Virus record (IMG/VR): IMGVR_UViG_3300016476_001378
Direction: 5' to 3' (one strand)
Origin: a virus
Taxonomy: Duplodnaviria > Caudoviricetes
DNA length: 64,000 nucleotides
Under the pieces are notes generated by a model. The model worked only from the letters and a program-made list of their open reading frames with translations, was not told the DNA's origin and did not search any database. Below, one piece after another: positions 57,572 through 64,000 of the stretch; positions within the stretch are counted from its first letter, which is position 1, and each line of letters begins with the position of its first letter. Position numbers and translations under genes: made by a program.

Positions 57572-57597
57572 AGGTATTTTAAAAATAGACCAGAAAT
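57572..57597 (+). promoter_or_regulatory. Putative late promoter (AGG-N17-AGAAAT)
   Basis: Recurring motif. Confidence 0.5.
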
Positions 57598-57624
57598 AAT
57601 CGTTTTGTAAGGAGAAAATATCCA

Positions 57625-58764
57625 ATGCCAATTAGAAATCAGCTATTCGGTGTATATAAGTTGCTTCAACTTAAGGGTGCCGATGGTAACTACAGACCAT
57701 ACGTTGTAGACCGTGCTTCCCGCAACAGAAAGATGGACGTCGAGGCTAAGAACTATGTTCAAGGCACTGCAAAGTCAAGAATCCTTGACATCGGCGCTAT
57801 CAGCGAAGAGATCGAAATCACTCTTCCTATCCTTTTGGGTGGCGCACAGGTCATGGACGGCAGAAGCCTTGTTAGCTATTATTTAACACAGGCTCTCAAT
57901 GAGACAACCACAGTTCTTCCTCTCATTACATCAGCTACAATCACAATTTCCAGTGACGCTGGTGCATCTGTTAACGTTAGAATGCTCTCTGATGGTCGTC
58001 CATCTACAGGTGCTTTCCGTGTAACAAACTTGCCAATCGACGCGCTTACAGTCAGTGGTGTAACATCCCCATTAGACCCAACTGCAACAGGTGCTGGCAA
58101 CGGTCCTTCAAGAGTTGCTAAGTTCTATGACTTTAGAGCTAAGATCGGTAAGTATGTTTACTACATCATGGAAGCGTCCATTACCATTACCGTTAAGACA
58201 GAAAAGAAGTACTTTATCGCTGGTGTCAAGGATGCCAACGCATGGACAACAACACAGCAGTACGTTGCATCTGCTATGGGTTCTGGTGCTACTGGTAACC
58301 CACTCAAGTCCACAGACTCAAACAACTTCTACAACTTCAACACACAGTTCCCATTCATCGGTGTATCTGGTATCTCCGTTGAAGGCAAGGGCAAAGCTGC
58401 TGTAGAACTTACAGACGCTTCTACACCTAAAGACTACGACTTCGAAGACTATAACACTCCTGCTGCACAGTGGGAAGCTGTTAACGTTGACCTTTCCCCA
58501 GATGGTGGTGGCGATGGTAAGCAATACGAACTCACATGGCAGAGACCAGGTGAAGTTCTTACAGCTGCTTACATGGCTGGCGACCCATCACAGGCAGGCT
58601 TTATGCTTCAGATTTGGGATCCAACATCTGGCGTTTCTGGTGCATGGACAAACCTCTTGGGTGACGTTCTTGACCTCAGCGCAAGCGTTGTTAAGTCATC
58701 CAACTTCATTGTTACTACCGGTGTTCTTACCGCTGACTTTGAGTTCACCAACTGGGTTAAGTAA
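57625..58764 (+). CDS. Probable major tail tube protein
   Basis: Strong high-expression codon bias, own promoter, AAGGAG SD and terminator; beta-rich; paralogue upstream. Confidence 0.55.
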   Translation: MPIRNQLFGVYKLLQLKGADGNYRPYVVDRASRNRKMDVEAKNYVQGTAKSRILDIGAISEEIEITLPILLGGAQVMDGRSLVSYYLTQALNETTTVLPLITSATITISSDAGASVNVRMLSDGRPSTGAFRVTNLPIDALTVSGVTSPLDPTATGAGNGPSRVAKFYDFRAKIGKYVYYIMEASITITVKTEKKYFIAGVKDANAWTTTQQYVASAMGSGATGNPLKSTDSNNFYNFNTQFPFIGVSGISVEGKGKAAVELTDASTPKDYDFEDYNTPAAQWEAVNVDLSPDGGGDGKQYELTWQRPGEVLTAAYMAGDPSQAGFMLQIWDPTSGVSGAWTNLLGDVLDLSASVVKSSNFIVTTGVLTADFEFTNWVK

Positions 58765-58789
58765 TCTTACTTTTCTCGTTGGCTTAATG

Positions 58790-58821
58790 AAAATAACCTC
58801 CCGAAAGGGAGGTTATTTTTT
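58790..58821. terminator. Bidirectional intrinsic terminator
   Basis: AAAATAACCTCCC-GAAA-GGGAGGTTATTTT. Confidence 0.9.
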
Positions 58822-59326
58822 ATTCTTCATCTTCTTGACCATACTCATTTTCAAAGTTACTATAGTCATCCATTTGCTCTAGTGCTATTTTAGTAATTTT
58901 CATAGGGGCCTCTGTCATATTTGCCAAGACTAGTCCATCCCCTGCACTGCAAACTTTGTAAATAGTTCTACCTTTGTGATCTTTCCAATGCATTCTGGCG
59001 TACAGCATGTCGCCCTTTTTTGATTCTATAACTGCTTGAATCAATTTAAATTGAACCATTTCCATAGTGTCTAAATACATTTGATAAATAGTTCTTAAAT
59101 GAGAATTATCTAAACATCCAGAGGCAGCAAATGTAAACATCGTCCCCTCTATGCCGTTTAACTCAATTCCAACCATTTTATTATTTGCAGTTAAAAGGAC
59201 AAGTGCTTGTCCTTCTTGAGTATCAACTGTGAGCTTGTAAAATTCCAAATCATAAAGCTCTAAATCTTGGGTAGATTTAAGATGCTTTAAAAATTCACTA
59301 TCATCTGGAACTTTGGAATAAATCAT
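58820..59326 (-). CDS. DUF151/bifunctional-nuclease-like protein (divergent)
   Basis: VLL..I.L.G.E, YARMHW, GDGLVLA....API-like layout. Confidence 0.6.
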   Translation of the reverse strand: MIYSKVPDDSEFLKHLKSTQDLELYDLEFYKLTVDTQEGQALVLLTANNKMVGIELNGIEGTMFTFAASGCLDNSHLRTIYQMYLDTMEMVQFKLIQAVIESKKGDMLYARMHWKDHKGRTIYKVCSAGDGLVLANMTEAPMKITKIALEQMDDYSNFENEYGQEDEE

Positions 59327-59335
59327 ATTAATCTC

Positions 59336-59719
59336 CTAGTGATGACAAACTTTACAAGTCTGACACAATTTATTGTTCAACCAATGCGAAGCAGCTATTA
59401 CCAAGCCTCCACAAACAAGCAAAAGAACACCTTTTAGGCCCCAATCATTTTCATGGGCGTATCTGCCAAGCGCCAGCAGAGCCAGGCCTATGCTCATTAT
59501 GCTGTAAACTCTTTTGTCTTTATGCTGGCGGTATCCTAGACAGATTGAACCTATTGCCAGTGTAGCTGACAAAATAAAAACAAGCCATTCAAACCCTTCT
59601 GTTGCCAAAATTCCCAATCCAAAATAAGGTAAAAAAGTAACAATTAGGGGCATTACAGCACAATGAACTGCACAGGTTATACTAGTTGTCATTCCAAACT
59701 TATCTAAAATACTATTCAT
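59336..59719 (-). CDS. MerC-family membrane protein
   Basis: LDKFGMTTSITCAVHC.VMP, GYRQH, ASHWLN; four TM segments; CxxCxxCHH tail. Confidence 0.8.
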   Translation of the reverse strand: MNSILDKFGMTTSITCAVHCAVMPLIVTFLPYFGLGILATEGFEWLVFILSATLAIGSICLGYRQHKDKRVYSIMSIGLALLALGRYAHENDWGLKGVLLLVCGGLVIAASHWLNNKLCQTCKVCHH

Positions 59720-60380
59720 CTATTAAATCCATCATACTTATTTGCTTTGGCTTATTAAAGCCAGCTACGACGTAAGAAGTTCTATGAACTCCTGGAATTA
59801 GACCATACTTATTAACAGCTTCTACATGAACTTTATTAATATAACCCTTGTGATCATAAAAATTATATTCTGGATATTGTTCTGCTATTTCTGCAACTTT
59901 GGCATCTCTGTAGTTTTTAGCAAGAATAGAAGCTGCTGCAACACAAGCACTTGTTGAATCTGCCTTTGGCATCATGATTTGTGGTTGTAGTTTCTTGCAA
60001 GGTGATTGATCAATTATAAATAGATCAACATTATCAAGGGTGAGGCCTATGCTTTTTACTGCGTTTTCTGCTGCATTGTACATAGCCATTTCATTAGCCC
60101 AGGTCAGGCCCCTTTTATCTATTTCATCGGGCGAAATTTCAGCAATTCCCCAACAATAAGAATTTTCTTTAATGTCCTTTTCAATAGACAATCTAGTTTT
60201 TTCATTTAGTTTTTTGCTATCATTAAGGCCTTGAATCATAACATCTGAATTTAAAATTACAGCTGCTGCAACTAGGGGACCACTCCAGCACCCTCTGCCT
60301 GTTTCGTCTGTTCCACAAATAAGCTTAATTCTTCTTTGTTTGCGGATCTTATTATCATAATCAAATAGTGCTTTGGACAT
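59712..60380 (-). CDS. rnhB: Ribonuclease HII
   Basis: GTDETGRG..GPL, LNDSKKL, IID, KAD, AAASILAK, HKGY, HR.SY. Confidence 0.92.
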   Translation of the reverse strand: MSKALFDYDNKIRKQRRIKLICGTDETGRGCWSGPLVAAAVILNSDVMIQGLNDSKKLNEKTRLSIEKDIKENSYCWGIAEISPDEIDKRGLTWANEMAMYNAAENAVKSIGLTLDNVDLFIIDQSPCKKLQPQIMMPKADSTSACVAAASILAKNYRDAKVAEIAEQYPEYNFYDHKGYINKVHVEAVNKYGLIPGVHRTSYVVAGFNKPKQISMMDLIDE

Positions 60381-60395
60381 AGTTTATTATCGTTT

Positions 60396-60427
60396 AAAAA
60401 AGCAGAGATCTATAAAAGACCTCTGCT
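60396..60427 (-). terminator. Intrinsic terminator
   Basis: AGCAGAG...CTCTGCT with minus-strand T-run, then CGATAAT. Confidence 0.7.
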
Positions 60428-60433
60428 AGTAGA

Positions 60434-60637
60434 TTACAAGATGTAAGTCAATTCTGTGTTGCCACAGACAGGACATGCATCATTTGAGTCATCGAGTAAA
60501 ATTGTCTGCATGAAGTTGCCTTCCCACTTGCAGTAGTCGCAGCAAGTATCTACTCTCAACTGTCTTCTTGTATTTTTCTTTTCTGGAATGAGGAACTTAC
60601 TCTTAATCAAGTTGATTAAACGAAATAAAATATCCAT
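60434..60637 (-). CDS. Small Zn-ribbon protein
   Basis: CDYC...CPVCG; GGAGG SD. Confidence 0.7.
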   Translation of the reverse strand: MDILFRLINLIKSKFLIPEKKNTRRQLRVDTCCDYCKWEGNFMQTILLDDSNDACPVCGNTELTYIL

Positions 60638-60653
60638 TTATTAACCTCCAGAA

Positions 60654-62414
60654 CTATTTGATTTGTCGCGCTGCCTCCTCGTTAACCAACTTAGAAGCAA
60701 GCTTGATTGTTTCTTTGGCTGACATATTCAATGAACCAAGCATTTCCAGCTTGTTTTCCCCATCGATTGCTTCCTTAAGTGAAATTTCTAAATCTGTAAG
60801 ATCTTCAATTAACACGTCATCAAATAAATCAGAGGAGTCTCTAAGCAATGCTTCAACTTGAATCAGCCTATCGTGCAGTTGTTCTTTTAAGTTTGTGGCC
60901 TCTTTAAAAATACCATCTTCGACTTGGGAATCTTCTGCCTCATGAATCATTCTGCTTATCTCATCAGATGTAAGGCTTGCACTTCCAGTGATTGTGGCTT
61001 CAGTTTTCACGCCCCTGAGCAGATCCATTGCACTAACATTTATTATTCCGTTTGCGTCAATGTCAAACCTCACTTCAATCTGAGGCAAACCTCTAGGAGC
61101 TGGTGGAATGTTATCTAATTTACAAACACCTAAGAACCTATTGTGAATAACTTGGGGCCGCTCTCCCTGATAAACTTTAATATCAACAAAAGGTTGAGAA
61201 TCTTCAGCAGTGGTGAAAACCTGTGAATAATCGGTTGGGATGGTGGTGTTTCTGTAAATCATAGGAGTCATAACACCACCAAGGGTCTCAATACCCAGAG
61301 TCAAAGGAGTTACATCCAAAAGCAGAACATCCTTTTCTCTAGAACCAGACAAAATGGCTGCTTGAACCGCGGCTCCAGCAGCTACAGCTTCATCAGGATT
61401 GATAGTTTTATTTGGCTTTTTGCACAACCACTCTTCAATTAAATCAGAAATGGCAGGAACGCGCGTTGAGCCTCCAACGAATACAACCTCATTGATGTCA
61501 TCTGGCCCCATTTTAGCGTCTTTTAGGGCTTGTTCGACACATAGCTTGGTTTTCATCAACAAAGGGCGAATTGCGGCCTCAAATTCAATTTTACTAATAG
61601 ACACATTGACATGAATAGGTGCGTTATTCTCAAAAATAAAATAAGGCACATTGATTTCAGCTGTAGAGCTAGATGTTAAACTTCTTTTGGCCTGTTCACA
61701 TTGTTGCCACAACCTAGCTTTGGCAGTAGCGTCTAAAGTTGTTTCAAACTTTGGCAGCTTTGATAAGACTAAATTAAAAACCATCTCATCAAAATCATCA
61801 CCACCCAGCTGAGTGTCTCCAGATGTTGACTTTACTTCAAAAACACCTATCTCACTGATAGCAAGAATTGTAACATCAAATGTGCCACCGCCCAAGTCAT
61901 AAACAAGAATTGTTTCATTGCGGCGATTATCTAAGCCATAAGCGAGGGCCGCAGCGGTAGGCTCGTTAATAATTCTTAAAACTTCTAGTCCAGCAAGTTC
62001 ACCTGCGGTTTTTGTGGCTTGTCTTTGATTGTGATCAAAATAAGCAGGTACAGTAATAACAGCTTGTGTTACCTTTTTGCCAAGTGCAGTTTCGCAGTCT
62101 CGTTTAATTTTCTTTAGAATCTCACTTGAGATTTCTTCTGGAGACCATTCAACATCACCAAAGTCAAATCTTTTATTTGTTCCCATCCAGCGCTTTACAG
62201 ATCTGATTGTATTGTCTGCGTTGGTTGCTTCTTGGTCTGCTGCTGATTTACCAATAATAATACTTTTGTCTTGCTTTATTGCAAAAACAGATGGAGTGGT
62301 TCTAAAACCTTCAGAATTAGCAATGATTTCAACATTACCAGAGGGATTGACATAAGCGGCACAAGAATTTGTAGTACCTAAATCAATTCCTATTGCAATT
62401 GATTCATCATTCAT
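60654..62414 (-). CDS. dnaK: Hsp70/DnaK chaperone
   Basis: [53 protein letters not shown] linker; start ATG 62414 or GTG 62423. Confidence 0.95.
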   Translation of the reverse strand: MNDESIAIGIDLGTTNSCAAYVNPSGNVEIIANSEGFRTTPSVFAIKQDKSIIIGKSAADQEATNADNTIRSVKRWMGTNKRFDFGDVEWSPEEISSEILKKIKRDCETALGKKVTQAVITVPAYFDHNQRQATKTAGELAGLEVLRIINEPTAAALAYGLDNRRNETILVYDLGGGTFDVTILAISEIGVFEVKSTSGDTQLGGDDFDEMVFNLVLSKLPKFETTLDATAKARLWQQCEQAKRSLTSSSTAEINVPYFIFENNAPIHVNVSISKIEFEAAIRPLLMKTKLCVEQALKDAKMGPDDINEVVFVGGSTRVPAISDLIEEWLCKKPNKTINPDEAVAAGAAVQAAILSGSREKDVLLLDVTPLTLGIETLGGVMTPMIYRNTTIPTDYSQVFTTAEDSQPFVDIKVYQGERPQVIHNRFLGVCKLDNIPPAPRGLPQIEVRFDIDANGIINVSAMDLLRGVKTEATITGSASLTSDEISRMIHEAEDSQVEDGIFKEATNLKEQLHDRLIQVEALLRDSSDLFDDVLIEDLTDLEISLKEAIDGENKLEMLGSLNMSAKETIKLASKLVNEEAARQIK

Positions 62415-62455
62415 TTTTAACACCTATTTTGTTTTTATGTTTAATTAAATTATAC

Positions 62456-62486
62456 AAAAAAAGAAGCCAGAGATAAACTCTGGCTT
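62456..62486 (-). terminator. Intrinsic terminator, followed by TGTATAAT
   Basis: AAGCCAGAG...CTCTGGCTT with minus-strand T-run. Confidence 0.75.
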
Positions 62487-62667
62487 ACAGTTTATAATCG
62501 TTTGAATAAAATCCGGGCCCCTTAAAAGCAATACCCACAGGGTAAATTTTCTTTTTAAGGTCACCTTCTTTACATTCATGGCACTTCTTCAAAGGTTCTT
62601 CAGTAATCTTTTGTTCCTTATCGAATTCCAGGCCACACTTCTTACAGATGTAAGTGTAAATTGGCAT
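62485..62667 (-). CDS. FmdB-family zinc-ribbon protein
   Basis: MPIY.Y.C..CG..F...Q....PL..C..C...I.FKG.GFY.NDY. Confidence 0.85.
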   Translation of the reverse strand: MPIYTYICKKCGLEFDKEQKITEEPLKKCHECKEGDLKKKIYPVGIAFKGPGFYSNDYKL

Positions 62668-62674
62668 TTAATCC

Positions 62675-63031
62675 TCAGTCTTCAGATGGCAAATCTATTG
62701 CTCCTGGAACTCTACCTTCGTAAAGGCTTGCCAAGGGATTAAATTTATCATCTGATAATTTTTTATTAATACTTTCGATTTCTTTTTGAGTAATCGGAGT
62801 GCGCTTCGCAGTCTTTTTTGGATCTTTTGGTAACTTATCCTTGTACTCATGCACCATTGATACAGATTGTACAATCGCAAATGTATCCTTGCATTTAGGA
62901 CACTTCATAATTGTATAAACTTCAAGTTCATTTTTGGGATAGTACCCTAAATGAGATTCACGATAAAAATTAGCCTTGCAGGTTCTATTGATACACTGCA
63001 TAGGGGTGCCTACGATTGTCTGTTTAAACAT
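62675..63031 (-). CDS. Zn-ribbon hypothetical protein
   Basis: C....C...CPKC; GGAGG SD. Confidence 0.7.
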   Translation of the reverse strand: MFKQTIVGTPMQCINRTCKANFYRESHLGYYPKNELEVYTIMKCPKCKDTFAIVQSVSMVHEYKDKLPKDPKKTAKRTPITQKEIESINKKLSDDKFNPLASLYEGRVPGAIDLPSED

Positions 63032-63071
63032 TTTGACACTCCTCCATTACATGGAAAGAAAAACCACATAC

Positions 63072-64000
63072 CTATTTTTTAACATCTCTAAGATCAAAAC
63101 CTGCCTCTGACTGATAAACACGCTTTCTCGCAAGAGAATGTTTACGCATGTGTTTGTCTGAATCCATAAAATCAATAACTACAGCTTCTGATTTACCACT
63201 ATCTTTATGTGATCTAATAACTCTTCCAATAGTTTGTAAAACAGTTGCTGAAGCTTGTGTAGATCCAGCCATTATAAGAACACTAATAGCTGGCGCATCG
63301 ATTCCGGTGTTGAGCCATTGTGTTCCTATAAGTATTATATCGTTACTTTCACAAGAATTAAGCATTCTTCTCCGATAATCTTGCTCTTGGTCATCTGGAT
63401 CATCTTCTCCTTTATCGCTCCCAGGAACAAAAACAGAGTTTTTAATCATTGCTTCTAAAATATTGCCATGCTCTACTCTGTCAACAATAATCATAACTGG
63501 CCTTCCAGCTTCTTGAAATGCTTCAGCAAATTGCTTAATCCTATAATTCCTCTCCCAGCATTTTGTAATGTGCTTTGTATAGGAATCTGCGTAATTGCTG
63601 ACCTCTTCTGTATGCTTGATTGGAATCATGTAGATTCTTGGCGGAACAAGGAAACCTCTATTTATAAGAAATGTCGGGCTAACTTCTATAAGTTTTCTTC
63701 CCATGCATCCTTCTAGGCGAATTTCTTGATTGTCTTCACGCCAAGGTGTTGCTGATAATCCAAATCTATAGTAAGCCCTAGACGCATGATTTGCTAAAGT
63801 TTCAATAACGATAGCAGCAAGATGAGCCTCGTCGACAATAATTGCCTGAGCATTTTTAAATAGCTCTCTAATTTGTTTCTTATTTTCTATAGATTGCAAT
63901 CTATTATCTAAAGCACTTTTGGCTTTTTTATAATTTGTGATTTCATTTTTCACAAAACTATTAAAGGACTTATCAAAATCCTTTTCAAGGGAGGTTAAAG
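63072..64000 (-). CDS. SF2 DEAH helicase (UvsW/ERCC3-like), C-terminal part; extends beyond window
   Basis: IVDEAH, GLSATP.RED, TGIDAP, QTIGRVIR, VIDF.D. Confidence 0.85.
   Translation of the reverse strand, partial: LTSLEKDFDKSFNSFVKNEITNYKKAKSALDNRLQSIENKKQIRELFKNAQAIIVDEAHLAAIVIETLANHASRAYYRFGLSATPWREDNQEIRLEGCMGRKLIEVSPTFLINRGFLVPPRIYMIPIKHTEEVSNYADSYTKHITKCWERNYRIKQFAEAFQEAGRPVMIIVDRVEHGNILEAMIKNSVFVPGSDKGEDDPDDQEQDYRRRMLNSCESNDIILIGTQWLNTGIDAPAISVLIMAGSTQASATVLQTIGRVIRSHKDSGKSEAVVIDFMDSDKHMRKHSLARKRVYQSEAGFDLRDVKK

Noticed and set aside
59336-59719. Mercury-resistance operon
   Set aside because: No merR, merA, merP or merT nearby
1-64000. Bacterial chromosome or integrated prophage
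   Set aside because: Housekeeping genes lack their normal neighbours (clpP, grpE, dnaA/recF, ribosomal operon) and are interleaved with virion genes; no integrase or att site seen
1-64000. Stop-codon reassignment, inteins or introns
   Set aside because: Conserved genes are full-length under code 11 at expected sizes, and TAA, TAG and TGA all end genes

Overview
A ~37% GC, densely coding window with standard-code ORFs. It reads as part of a jumbo (huge) bacteriophage genome rather than a bacterial chromosome: housekeeping-type genes (ruvB fragment, thyX, adk, clpX, recD2, PIN-phoH, gyrB-gyrA, rnhB, dnaK, a J-domain protein, an SF2 helicase) sit outside their usual bacterial operons and are mixed with virion genes. 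The virion genes include a ~24.5 kb minus-strand fibre cassette (6430-30927) with 3554-aa and 1726-aa modular Gly/Ser/Thr/Ala-rich fibres, and two paralogous tail-tube-like genes. Two promoter classes are visible: sigma70-like (TG)TATAAT/CGATAA -10 boxes before replication and metabolism genes, and a recurring AGG-N17-19-NNAAW-type motif (13 sites) before structural genes. The best candidate novel element is a ~260-nt multi-helix 5' leader (31033-31289). It starts at a predicted late promoter and ends in a hairpin whose loop (CUCCU) is complementary to the Shine-Dalgarno of an apparently abundant virion gene. Other notable signals: a ClpX with intact ATPase and IGF motifs but rewritten substrate loops; a true gyrase whose GyrB lacks both adenine-contacting tyrosines; a shared MWY / (R/K)-x-A motif in late proteins; degenerate macro and DUF151 domains; and an orphan DUF1257-DUF2997 pair. 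All family calls come from motif recognition by eye; no database searches were run.
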